A stretch of 64,000 bases of DNA from Alphaproteobacteria bacterium (GTDB taxonomy: Bacteria > Pseudomonadota > Alphaproteobacteria > GCA-2731375). The translations under genes and the position numbers were made by a program. Position 1 is the stretch's first letter. The number at the start of each line of letters is the position of its first letter. Under the pieces are notes generated by a model that saw only the letters and a program-made list of their open reading frames with translations, searched no databases and was not told the origin of the DNA. Shown piece by piece: positions 30,301 through 40,058 of the stretch. The stretch spans positions 32,001 to 96,000 of the forward strand of contig CBDDBZ010000021.1 in assembly GCA_965225945.1 (NCBI GenBank), in the 5' to 3' direction.

Positions 30301-31845
30301 AGCGGCGTCGGCTTCGTGGCGACGGACTCGGACGGCGACCCGACGCCGGCGGCGAGCTTCGACGTGACGATCGTCGACGACATTCCGTCGATCGATTCCG
30401 CCATCGACGGCATCTTGGCGAGCGAATCGGGGAACGCGCTCAGCGGAACCTACGAAGCCGACTTCGGCGCCGACGGGCTCGACCTGCTGACCGTGGCGCT
30501 GGGCAACGCTGTGACCGACTTCGCCTTCACGGAGTTGGCTCCGGTCGGCGGCGTGACCCAGGTCAACGTGACGCCGACGGCGGGCGACGACTTCACCTTC
30601 TACTACACCAAGACGGATGGTGGGGTCGGCACGCCGGCGCTGCTCGAGGCCTACGGCGATCTCGCCCTCTCCGAAGTCAATCGGTTCTTCACCATGGCGG
30701 TGAACGACGACGGGACCTATGATTTCGATCTCCACAGCAACGCGATCGCCACTCGCACGACGACCGATTTCAGCACCGTCGATCCCGGCATCAAGGATCA
30801 GCTCCACCTGCCGTCGGGGACCGAGGATCCGCCGGCCGACGGGATTTTCTCGGTGCTGGTCGACGCGCTGGCGCCGGACAGCAACGGAGTTCTGCAGGAC
30901 GTCCGGGTCAACACCTCAACGCACGGCATCGGCGCCTCGAACCAGAACACGGTTCAGGGCGAGGTGGTGACCTTCGACTTCCGGAACGATCAGTCCTTGG
31001 TCCGCTTCGACGTCACCAAGTGGCAATCCGGCGCGGCGGTGCTGACCATCATCGTGACCCTGGCGGACGGCTCCACCCACACCGAGGACGTGCCCGTCAC
31101 CAAGACCAGCGGCGGTAGCGATCCGACGGTCGAGGTGGTGTTTGGCACGCTCCCGACGGGCCTGGCCGACGCGGCGGTGGTCGTGGCTCAGGAATTCGAC
31201 CATATCGACGTCGTGTACAAGACCGGCACCGAGAACATCAACTACAACAACCTGGAGTTCGACCAGGAGTTCATCGTCGACGACCTGGCCTTCAACTTCA
31301 CGCTGGGGGCCACCGACAACGATGGCGACACGGCCACGCTCACGGATGCGGTGATGATCGATATCGAGAGCTACGTCGACGCGGGCGACAGCATCGTCGG
31401 CAGCGGCGATGGCGAGGCGATCGCCGGTGGCACCGGCGACGACACGCTCACGGGCCTCGGCGGCGACGACTTCCTGTTCGGCGGCGCCGGCGACGACGAG
31501 CTCTCGGGTGGGACCGGCGACGACGTCTTCTTCTCCGACGCCGCCGCCCTTGCCGACGGCGACGGGACGGGCCTCACCGATCACGACGTCATCCTCGACT
31601 ACGAGGCCGGCGACACCATCGATCTCGATGCCCTGTTCGATTTCCTCGATCCCGATCGCACGACGGATGTGAATACGGATCCGGTCGTGACGGAGGACAA
31701 TTCGATCGACCGCACAGGCGACAGCACGATTGACACCCTGATCACGGTCACCGACGAGAGTGGCGGCGCCGTTTCGGACTTCTCGATCGTGCTGAACGAC
31801 TTCACCGGTACCGTCGACATAGACGAAGGCACCGGCGGCGTCTGA
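24316..31845 (+). CDS. Giant LapA/RTX-type T1SS-secreted adhesin (2509 aa)
   Basis: N-terminal retention-module-like region ending DPNAVEAAAGGGGGTGG; acidic Ig/cadherin-like repeats (DxDGD, TTAEDT); C-terminal GGxGxD nonapeptides; no Sec signal peptide. Confidence 0.92.
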   Translation: MMADSIETTGMNESAGTTTGMAENLAAVDDSVLVGAEGQVTAVGQADLGETVEVTDESQEIAVDPGDDFVLPEGIASGDIQYSQFEGSLVIVLPSGSEITFTDFFVIASQQEEGGLPPVLTLADGTVMDPPLVIAQIADFDPNAVEAAAGGGGGTGGNASFSPYASGDIGPGDAALDLLGNLPGFPFDLGNLEEEFLDEAGGLFQVVTALSQVVPVGLPTDLPSSVTGLISGDFDGGFEDALPNQHLGAVDAANETKTQLVIEFVPDDDEVVESFAVEGIPLDVRIFIRPLDGGADVELAHDGSVTVPGSLLNNIFLIPPEDNDADIPLSFSAVVVDPQNPTNPVTLTGTFTVVIDAVADVPSVGPTGTGGGFVAGAIPSVEGEAGGTVAVNLDVVSNDIDGSETTAVQLFFSSPQNFTAADFDVIAVGAELVVPEDGSPPFWVVPQEGFAGLQIVVPESATETVDVFAFGVATETLITGEELTFDNNQASTKKAVAFQIALEGELIVNIGNPTFLETETDDVLTISFADLQVSATLGGAGRPDLVESVTATFENLPDGAVILDASGNVVATASGGTISVTAPSLDDFNALTLQLPADFATPGPGGVIDPGDISGTVVVESPVAVLNPQPGSIAIDVAVEGDIDVTAAPETTAEDQNLATISDGAGNSVTLNVVVLNLAAVATDADGSETVQTATVTFNDVPAGTGVLFFGTAGATIATVERSVNPDGTEDLVVSNLSPAELATLRLGVPEDYSGTITGNVVSAFTDEQGEDSATFMVVVTPTPVLVLPSENIGGSGLDQETDQPITVDLNLSAAITDGDGSEVLTSITVTFDQLPAGTTASGGTLTGLVWSGTQAELSALALTFPTDYSSEDGGVINGSLRVTTDEGGDQTVGFTVPVLPEEDLDVVANDVTVPESDTGVTVNLSLSATVTDQDGSEVVDSVTVTFTGLPAGSSVNGGTLVGGVWSGTAVELAALQLTLPASFTGDITGLLNTGLLNATSDEGGNESAPFTITVDAMPDVIAVDDVTVDEDGFETANLDDSPLRPGEVDSTESTTGTGTITVDFEADVPATLDGSLRLLDSPALDGQLTTLDGGSVSFTSPDGGLTLVGTVPDGEGTREVLTIAVQTGASASGTEVTYTYVATLNEPLEHPDPEEGGNTENTLTLSGVGFVATDSDGDPTPAASFDVTIVDDIPLAVNDATTTAEDTQVTYNVITNTDGTSDASGADAPLTLVSAGLSSGSGSVSFASNGDVTFTPANGFEGDAVIAYTIEDQDGDRSSATLTVTVGDDSTPIVTLDEDVTVDEDGLSGANLDGTPLRTGEVDSTEDDTATGTIKVDYLNAADVPGTPDGSLKLLDSAALDGQLTTLDGLSVSFALDGDQKLVGSVTDGQNVTREVLTIEVQTGASASGTEVTYTYVATLNEPLEHPDPEEGGNTENTLTLSGVGFVATDSDGDPTPAASFDVTIVDDIPLAVDDATTTAEDTQVTYNVITNTDGTSDASGADAPLTLVSAGLSSGSGSVSFASNGDVTFTPANGFEGDAVIAYTIEDQDGDRSSATLTVTVGDDSTPIVTLDEDVTVDEDGLSGANLDGTPLRTGEVDSTEDDTATGTIKVDYLNAADVPGTPDGSLKLLDSAALDGQLTTLDGLSVSFALDGDQKLVGSVTDGQNVTREVLTIEVQTGASASGTEVTYTYVATLNEPLEHPDPEEGGNTENTLTLSGVGFVATDSDGDPTPAASFDVTIVDDIPLAVDDATTTAEDTQVTYNVITNTDGTSDASGADAPLTLVSAGLSSGSGSVSFASNGAITFTPANGFEGPAVIDYTIQDQDGDQSSASLTVTVGDDSTPVVTQDDDVTVDEDGFQSANLDGTPTLRPGEVDSTELTAATGTIKVDYQNAADVPGTLDGSLRLLDSVALDGQLTTLDGGSVSFTSPDGGLTLVGTVPDGEGTREVLTIAVQTGASASGTEVTYTYVATLNEPLEHPDPAEGGDTENTLTLSGVGFVATDSDGDPTPAASFDVTIVDDIPSIDSAIDGILASESGNALSGTYEADFGADGLDLLTVALGNAVTDFAFTELAPVGGVTQVNVTPTAGDDFTFYYTKTDGGVGTPALLEAYGDLALSEVNRFFTMAVNDDGTYDFDLHSNAIATRTTTDFSTVDPGIKDQLHLPSGTEDPPADGIFSVLVDALAPDSNGVLQDVRVNTSTHGIGASNQNTVQGEVVTFDFRNDQSLVRFDVTKWQSGAAVLTIIVTLADGSTHTEDVPVTKTSGGSDPTVEVVFGTLPTGLADAAVVVAQEFDHIDVVYKTGTENINYNNLEFDQEFIVDDLAFNFTLGATDNDGDTATLTDAVMIDIESYVDAGDSIVGSGDGEAIAGGTGDDTLTGLGGDDFLFGGAGDDELSGGTGDDVFFSDAAALADGDGTGLTDHDVILDYEAGDTIDLDALFDFLDPDRTTDVNTDPVVTEDNSIDRTGDSTIDTLITVTDESGGAVSDFSIVLNDFTGTVDIDEGTGGV
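27388..30387 (+). repeat. About 3.6 copies of an 828-bp (276-aa) near-identical repeat inside the adhesin
   Basis: GASASGTEVTYTYVATLNEPLEHPDP recurs at about 27700, 28528, 29356 and 30187 (spacings 828, 828, 831). Confidence 0.95.
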
Positions 31846-31866
31846 TCGCGAGCCGACCAACGACCG

Positions 31867-31890
31867 GCCGGTCCCCGCGCGGGGACCGGC
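31867..31890 (+). terminator. GC-rich hairpin after the adhesin gene
   Basis: GCCGGTCCCC-GCGC-GGGGACCGGC, 10-bp perfect stem; no U-tract. Confidence 0.4.
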
Positions 31891-31958
31891 CCCATCGCCC
31901 GGCGGAACTCATCCTTGCTCGGATCGCCTGGCCGCGCGCGGGGCGCCCCGTTGCCGGT

Positions 31959-32450
31959 TCAATCTCGTCTGATCGCCTGAAGTTTGATCAGCATCGAGAG
32001 CATGCGTTCCAGCTTCCGATCCAGGGAAACCTCGTAACGCGCCAGCCGCTCCAATCGAGCGGGATCGAAGGCGTTTCCGAAAGCGTAGCGCCGGATGAGA
32101 TCTCGGTGCTCGAGCAGCACCTTGCGCTTTGTCAGTTCCGCGATCAGGTCCCGGCTCAGCCAGGTCGCGAACTCGGAGGCGCGGCGCGCGTCCTCGCCCT
32201 GTCGCGCCGACCGGCCGACGTCTTCCCCATCGCCGTCGAAGCGCTCCGCGTGCCGCCGCCAGGCTTCTCGGGCATCGTCGTCCAGGATTGCGACAGCTTC
32301 GCCATAGGTCGCCTCGCGCTCGCCGAGGAACCGTTGGGCGTCGAGCGCGCTCGAGTCGCTCGCCCGTCCTGGCCAAGTCGGCCCGAACGCCATCCCCGTC
32401 CATGCGCATGACCTCGCGAACGCTACGCGCCGCGATCTCCCGCGCCCGCT
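31959..32450 (-). pseudogene. Truncated, frameshifted paralog of the 34079-34975 hypothetical protein
   Basis: C-terminus EHRDLIRRYAFGNAFDPARLERLARYEVSLDRKLERMLSMLIKLQAIRRD aligns by eye with ESHELLRQQAYGCAVHPKHVEAFDRYEGSLWNGIERTLSMLTKLQQIRKD; the upstream part (VREVMRMDGDGVRADLAR) is in another frame. Confidence 0.75.
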
Positions 32451-32515
32451 GGCGACCGCGAGCCTCGAGGCCGTCGCCTCGGCCATCTAGCCGGATTTGC
32501 AGTTTTTACGAATAC

Positions 32516-32665
32516 ATGGAAATGCGCCGCCGGCCCGCGCTCGCCGGCATCGCGGCCATCATCGAGAGCGTGGATGAAAAAGCGCGACTGGTCGTGCTTC
32601 TGGACATCATGGGCCGCAAGGTGCGCACCCGAGTCGGGCGGGCGCAGGTCTCTCGCGACCTCTGA
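32516..32665 (+). pseudogene. NusG/RfaH-family KOW-domain C-terminal fragment
   Basis: LAGIAAIIESVDEKARLVVLLDIMGRKVRTRV; the NGN domain is missing. Confidence 0.6.
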
Positions 32666-32982
32666 ACGTCGATTCGGCTGTCCACCAATCATCATGCCGC
32701 CGAGGGGTCTCTGGCTCCCGCCGAAAGACGGTCCCGCCAAAGCCGCGAAGCCGTTTCCTCGGCGTCGATCCGTCGGCGCTTCCACCACGCGCGTTCGTCG
32801 CCCGCATCATGCACGTCGCGGTGAGCCGAATCATCGCCGATTTTTCCGCTGGGGACGTGGTCGGCAACGTCCTGACGATTGCCATAAGCGCGTGACCCCG
32901 CATGACGCACGGCAGCAGACTCGTTTCGTTTTCATGGGATTTGAATCCCCGATTTCAGATAATATTACCATGAAATCACGTT

Positions 32983-33011
32983 ATCATAGATATTGTTGTT
33001 CAAATTGTCAA
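32983..33011 (-). promoter_or_regulatory. Near-consensus sigma70 promoter in an AT-rich patch
   Basis: TTGACA-17 nt-TATGAT on the minus strand, overlapped by the inverted repeat ATATTG...CAATAT. Confidence 0.65.
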
Positions 33012-33098
33012 TATGATTCATAGGATTTCGCAAAATAACTTGAGGCAGGTGGATTAAGTGATTTCAGGGACAGGCCAAATTGGTGGCGCTTCTGGGTA

Positions 33099-33818
33099 TC
33101 AGAGGGCGTGGCCACGCCAGAGCACGAGGCCGATGATGTCGAGTGTCGAAAGGGGGGTGTTGGGAATGGGGGGATATTTGGGATTGTCGGCGATGATTGT
33201 GGTGGCGTCGCCCTGGGGGCCGAGTTGAAGGCGCCGGATGGAGATGTCGCCGGGTCGGTGGAGGACGTAGAGACCGTCGCGGCGGGGACGCGTCACGGCC
33301 AGATCGATCAGGAGAAGGTCGCCGGCGTTCAGCGTGGGGGCCATGGTGTCGTCGTGGACGGTCAGCACGGCGGGGTCGCCGACGTCGAGCGAATTTATCA
33401 CCGCGTAGGGCAGGCGGAGGGTTCCCTTGAACCAATGTTCCCGGGGCTGGTCGGCCTCGACGGCCTTGAGGTCGAGAACCGGGATTTTGCGGGCGCCATC
33501 AGCGGCTTTCCTAAAAAATCTGGGCGCAGTTTCGCGAGCGGGTGGTCGAGAGGCCATAACGGACGTGACGCCCCAGCGTTCTCGATTCTGTTGATCGATG
33601 ATCAGGTCGAGATCGGCGGGAGGATTGAGGATCTCATCGACGGAACAGCCCAAAACCTGGGCGATGCGATGGAGCGTTTGGCGACGGGGCTGTTGCGAGC
33701 GGCCGGAGAGGATGTCGCGCACCGCCGTGGCGCCGAGACCCGCGGCGAGTGAGACGGCACGGGGGTTGAAGCCAGCGGCGGTGATCCGCAGGTCCAGGGC
33801 GTCACGCCAGTCGATCAT
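33099..33818 (-). CDS. Phage CI-like repressor (XRE HTH plus S24 peptidase-like domain)
   Basis: SLAAGLGATAVRDILSGRSQQPRRQTLHRIAQVLG HTH; VHDDTMAPTLNAGDLLLID...DGLYVL...IRRL...IIADNPKY. Confidence 0.88.
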   Translation of the reverse strand: MIDWRDALDLRITAAGFNPRAVSLAAGLGATAVRDILSGRSQQPRRQTLHRIAQVLGCSVDEILNPPADLDLIIDQQNRERWGVTSVMASRPPARETAPRFFRKAADGARKIPVLDLKAVEADQPREHWFKGTLRLPYAVINSLDVGDPAVLTVHDDTMAPTLNAGDLLLIDLAVTRPRRDGLYVLHRPGDISIRRLQLGPQGDATTIIADNPKYPPIPNTPLSTLDIIGLVLWRGHAL

Positions 33819-34078
33819 GGGCGACCGGAAGAGGGGTTGGCCGAATCATGACCCATAGTATCGAACAAATCGGTGGATGGGCGACCGGAGACATGCTGTG
33901 CCCATGATTCGATCTGCACAACTCAAGGTAATGTGTCAAGGTCATTTTTGCGCAGCATGCTGTTGAAATGGCGTCGTCGTAGTGATGGTATTTTCCACAG
34001 GAAGGACCCTTGGTTGCGCCTCGCCGTAGTCGGCGGCTGCTACGGTGGAGGCGCGACCTCAGCGATTGAGGTACTTCC

Positions 34079-34975
34079 ATGAAAGAGAAAGCCGCCAAAC
34101 CCAAAACCGCGCAGCCTGTCGACGCATCAGCCCCCAGCGCGGGAGCCGGCGCCCGAGATGAAGGTCGATCACGCCTCAATGCGACACGGCATGGAATCCT
34201 GAGTCGTGCCAGGGTTATGCCCTGGGAGGACGCGGCGGAATACGATCGCCTCCTCGATATCCTGCACGAGGAATATCAGCCCGTAGGGTTTACGGAAGAG
34301 AAGCTGGTCGAGGACTTGGCGGACATATATTGGCGAAAACAGCGGCTTCGTGTCGCCGAGGGTGCCGAACTTCAGACCCGAATGGCCTCTGTCGTTGCGG
34401 GTGTCGATTCGGACATCAGCCGGACGAGAAAGCCCTCGTCCTTCAGCGCCGACGCGTTGATGCTGGTTTCGGAACACACGGACTTCTCGTCGGAGGAGGC
34501 GAGAGAGGTGTTCCGCTTGAGCCATGACGATATCGAAAGTGAAGTGGCCCGACTCACCGAGTTAATCTCTTCTGCCGGCAACATTGTTACGCTCCTAGAG
34601 GCACATAAGATCGACTGCGAGGAAGCGCTCAGGCGCATGGAACTCGTTACCGGGAAATCCATGGACCGGTACAAGGAAGATCCGAACCAGGATTCCAGCG
34701 AGCCCGAGGCTTCCGCATCGGACAAAGACTTGGCCGCGTTGAATCTGAGATGGGCTAAGTTCATCGGAAGTAAATTTATGCGCCCGTGGGGGAGGCGGAA
34801 ATCTCTTTTCGAAAGCCATGAGCTTCTTCGACAACAAGCCTACGGGTGTGCCGTTCATCCGAAACATGTCGAGGCATTCGACCGGTATGAGGGAAGCCTT
34901 TGGAATGGGATTGAGCGCACGCTCTCAATGCTGACCAAACTCCAGCAAATCCGGAAAGATCGGACGAACTCCTAA
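34079..34975 (+). CDS. Conserved-type hypothetical protein (NATRHG.LS...PWED..EY motif)
   Basis: 298-aa ORF with GAGG RBS, divergent from the repressor; has a decayed paralog at 31959. Confidence 0.75.
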   Translation: MKEKAAKPKTAQPVDASAPSAGAGARDEGRSRLNATRHGILSRARVMPWEDAAEYDRLLDILHEEYQPVGFTEEKLVEDLADIYWRKQRLRVAEGAELQTRMASVVAGVDSDISRTRKPSSFSADALMLVSEHTDFSSEEAREVFRLSHDDIESEVARLTELISSAGNIVTLLEAHKIDCEEALRRMELVTGKSMDRYKEDPNQDSSEPEASASDKDLAALNLRWAKFIGSKFMRPWGRRKSLFESHELLRQQAYGCAVHPKHVEAFDRYEGSLWNGIERTLSMLTKLQQIRKDRTNS

Positions 34976-35222
34976 TCGATGAGCCCGCGGAGACGCACTT
35001 GGGACCCAACTTTCGCATCGCTGCTCGGCGACATCATGCCAAGAACGTCTGACTCGTTATAAGACGCCGACAGCGCGTTTCATGTGCCGGCGATCCTGGT
35101 CAACAAGCCTTCCCGTCGTCTGATCGTCAAACGGTAGGTTCAGAAAATGTGACCTGGTCAGACGATTTACCCAAGCTCAGCCCGCCCTTGCGGCTCATGC
35201 GCTTGCCATGTCCCGCCGGCGT

Positions 35223-35570
35223 CTATCGCCGTAATCGCGCAAGGGCAATCAGAAGCCGTGCTTCAGCGGCATCACAGAGCGCCATGATGCCGCGGCAACG
35301 GGTTCGCCACTGGTCGAGTCCGTCGAGGAATTCCGACCATATCTCGGGACTGTCGATTGCGCGAACCTGGGTGCCGAGGACGGCATCGCCCTGGCTAGCA
35401 AGAACCGACGAGAGGCGTAAGAGGACGTAGTCTTTGCGGGCTTCTTCCAGCCACATGTCAAGTGTCAGATCAGCGAGCAGATGAACGACATCTGGATCGG
35501 CGTCGAGTGGAATGTCGGCAATCGTGTAGCCGTGTTCATTGCGTAACTTGTCGGATTTTGAGCTGGGCAT
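35223..35570 (-). CDS. Hypothetical protein downstream of a C4-like antisense leader
   Basis: 115-aa ORF whose RBS (AGGA) lies in the a2/b2 target box. Confidence 0.6.
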   Translation of the reverse strand: MPSSKSDKLRNEHGYTIADIPLDADPDVVHLLADLTLDMWLEEARKDYVLLRLSSVLASQGDAVLGTQVRAIDSPEIWSEFLDGLDQWRTRCRGIMALCDAAEARLLIALARLRR

Positions 35571-35578
35571 CGTGCGTT

Positions 35579-35762
35579 CCTATTGTTTGGCTTTTCAGAC
35601 CATCACCAACATGCGGAGTTGGCGCCCGGGGCTGAAAACACGCAATAGGTCGTGCCCGACTGCCTTTAGGCTCGCGCCCTGGACATACGCAGCCGGGCCC
35701 CGGACATAGAAAACCCGCCGGTATCGGTGGCGGGCCTCCGCCTATTGTGACGTTTTCAGCGC
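35579..35762 (-). ncRNA. Phage P1 C4 / c4-a1b1-type antisense regulatory RNA region
   Basis: On the minus strand: CTGAAAAC-GTCA-CAATAGG (35759-35741), complementary CCTATTG-CGT-GTTTTCAG (35649-35632), and a second target CTGAAAAG-CCAAA-CAATAGG (35598-35579). A CCCGCC...GGCGGG-TTTT hairpin follows the first box. Confidence 0.75.
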
Positions 35763-35769
35763 CAACAAT

Positions 35770-35798
35770 AGGTTACGTGATGGAGGAAACTATGTCAA
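35770..35798 (-). promoter_or_regulatory. sigma70 promoter of the C4-like leader
   Basis: TTGACA-17 nt-TAACCT on the minus strand. Confidence 0.65.
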
Positions 35799-35822
35799 AT
35801 CGATAACGGCGGCATGGCGAAT

Positions 35823-36345
35823 TAGAGCGTTCCCCGACCTGGTTGAGCCGGTTTTTGCCGTTGGGGGGATTCCCATATCTTGCGGTATGAGGGAGAATAG
35901 TTGGCAGATCTCGTGTCATAGTAGTCTGCCATGCTCAAACCGCTGTCGATTGATCTACGCCGACGCATCGTCGAGGCCAAGGAGGCCGGCGGCTCGCTCC
36001 GCTCGGTCCGCGATCGCTTCGGCGTCGCCGCGAGTTCGGTCAGCAACGGAGCGTCGAGCCGAAGAAGCTTTACTCAGGAAAATGGGTGCACATGCCGCGA
36101 GTTCGGTCAGCAACCTCCACACCTTGTGGCGCGCGAGGGGGAGCGTCGAGCCGAAGAAGATGGGGGCGATCGCCGCAGCCATGCGATCGAGGCGCACCAC
36201 GATTGGCTCCTGGAGCTGGTCGCCGAGACACCGGACCTGACCCTGGCGGAAATCCGTCTTGCGCTGCTGGGCCGGAGCCACGGCTTTGGCAAGGGAACGG
36301 TGTGGCGTTTCTTCGAGCGCCATCGCATCAGCTTCAAAAAAACCG
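35823..36345 (+). mobile_element. IS630-family relic (left end and degraded orfA; DDE part absent)
   Basis: TAGAGCGTT end; MLKPLSIDLRRRIV...RFGVAASSV...PDLTLAEIR...VWRFFERHRISFKKT with the AAAAAAA frameshift run; internal duplication. Confidence 0.8.
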
Positions 36346-36348
36346 GAA

Positions 36349-36446
36349 AAAAGGGGTCATTCTACTTTTCCGCCTCCGCTGGCGCTGGCGACACGAGCCA
36401 CGAAGAGGCCCGCCGTAGCGACCGATAAAGTAGAATGACCCCTTTT
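36349..36446. repeat. 98-bp MITE/REP-like element with a perfect 20-bp inverted repeat
   Basis: AAAAGGGGTCATTCTACTTT (36349-36368) and AAAGTAGAATGACCCCTTTT (36427-36446). Confidence 0.85.
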
Positions 36447-36505
36447 CTACGCCATCACGATTGTGTGACGGCCGTCGCGGGTGGCGGTGATTTACCTCCA
36501 CTGCC

Positions 36506-37699
36506 TCAAGCCGCCGCCGGGGCCGCCGGGCGGGCGACGCCGGGCAGGGCCAGACCGAACGCCGTGATCACCAGGGCGAAGGCGCCCAAGATCCAGAACA
36601 CCGCCTCGAAGCCGCCCCGGCTCTCATGCAGGAAGGCCACCAGTGGCACCGCGCTGGCCGCGACGCCGAGGGCCAGGACGTATTTCACGGCATAGATCCG
36701 CCCCCGCCATTCGTTGCTCGAATGGCGCGCGATCAGCGTGTCTAGAATCGGGATCTGGCCGAACACCAGGCTCATCGCGATCAATCCGCCCAAGAACATC
36801 CCCACCTCCGTGAGCCCGGTCAGCAGCAGGAACATCGGCACTTGCAGGCCCAGCAACACCAGGAACACCGGCTTCACCGGATATTTGTCGATCAGGTTGC
36901 CGACCAGGATCTGGCTGAAGGCGGCGACGGCGAAGATCGCCGCGACCAAGAGGCCGACGTCGGAGGTGCCGGCAAGGAAGCTCGACACCCGCTCGTCGAT
37001 CACCTTGGGCATGGCGATGGTGGTGGCGTTGAAGATGATGCCGCCGAGCGAGGTGGCGACGACGATCACGGTGAACACCCGGATCATGGTCTGGCGGTCG
37101 AAGCCGCCGCGCGGCGCCTCCAACTTGCGCAACTGCCCCGCCTCGGCCGCCCGTTTGGCGAAGACGAGGAAGGCGAGGCCGGTCAGGATCGCGATCACGC
37201 CGGGCACGACGAAGGCGGCGCGCCAACTGATCAGATCGGTGAGCACGCCGGCGACCAGCCCCGCCGCCGCGACGCCCATGTTGCCGAAGACGCCGTTGAT
37301 GCCCAGCAAGCGGCCCACCTTCTCCCGCCCCTCGACCAGCATCGAGATGCCGCAAGGGTGATAGATCGAGGCGAAGACGCCGATCACCAACAGGCCGGCG
37401 CCGATCTGGAGCGGTGTGCGGGCGAAGCCGGTCAGCACCGAGGCGAGGCCGATGCCGATGAAGAAGATCACCATCATGCCCGCCCGGCTCCACTTGTCGC
37501 CGAGCCAGCCGGCCAGGATCGCGCCGCCGCCGAAGGCGACGAAACCCGCCGTCGAGAAGGCGAGCAGCGTGCCGTAGGAGGCATCGAACTCCCGTTCCAG
37601 CGCGATCACCACGGTGGTGAACAGCAGCATGATCATGTGGTCGAAGAAGTGTCCGACATTCAGGAACAGCGTCCGGGTCGCGTCGCGAGACATCACCAT
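36506..37699 (-). CDS. MFS transporter
   Basis: About 12 hydrophobic segments; GWLGDKWSR motif A; ASIYHP. Confidence 0.9.
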   Translation of the reverse strand: MVMSRDATRTLFLNVGHFFDHMIMLLFTTVVIALEREFDASYGTLLAFSTAGFVAFGGGAILAGWLGDKWSRAGMMVIFFIGIGLASVLTGFARTPLQIGAGLLVIGVFASIYHPCGISMLVEGREKVGRLLGINGVFGNMGVAAAGLVAGVLTDLISWRAAFVVPGVIAILTGLAFLVFAKRAAEAGQLRKLEAPRGGFDRQTMIRVFTVIVVATSLGGIIFNATTIAMPKVIDERVSSFLAGTSDVGLLVAAIFAVAAFSQILVGNLIDKYPVKPVFLVLLGLQVPMFLLLTGLTEVGMFLGGLIAMSLVFGQIPILDTLIARHSSNEWRGRIYAVKYVLALGVAASAVPLVAFLHESRGGFEAVFWILGAFALVITAFGLALPGVARPAAPAAA

Positions 37700-37943
37700 T
37701 TCCCTCGTTTCGAACTTCGCGGCGCCAGGCTAGCCGCTTTGGGCGCGGCCGTCTCACGCGGTTCCGACAAATTACATCGAGGTTCGGTCAAATCGACCGA
37801 TCGCCGGTCTCGAAGAGGCGAGCGCCCAGATCACAAGGGCGCGGTCCGGACGGAGCCATGGTCGAAGTATTCCATCCGAAGCGGCGCGAATTGGCGAATC
37901 AACGGGTTTTTGCGACCCCGGCGAGCCGTGGCAATTCGCCCCC

Positions 37944-39896
<1,953 letters not shown>

Positions 39897-40058
39897 TGAT
39901 CCTCCCTTAAGGGCCGCCTTTTCGACGGCCCGAACGCTAGCATGAGTTCCCGGCGATTATTCCGCCATCCGCCCAGCCCGGCAAGCGGCTGAGCGGACGT
40001 TCGTCGGCTCCCTCGGGTATACCATCGCGATTCCGTGACGGAAGGAAGGAGTGACGCC

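Noticed and set aside
24562-30807. 894-aa and 926-aa antisense ORFs in the adhesin gene
   Set aside because: These are shadow ORFs caused by high-GC codon bias; they are Arg-rich with no domains.
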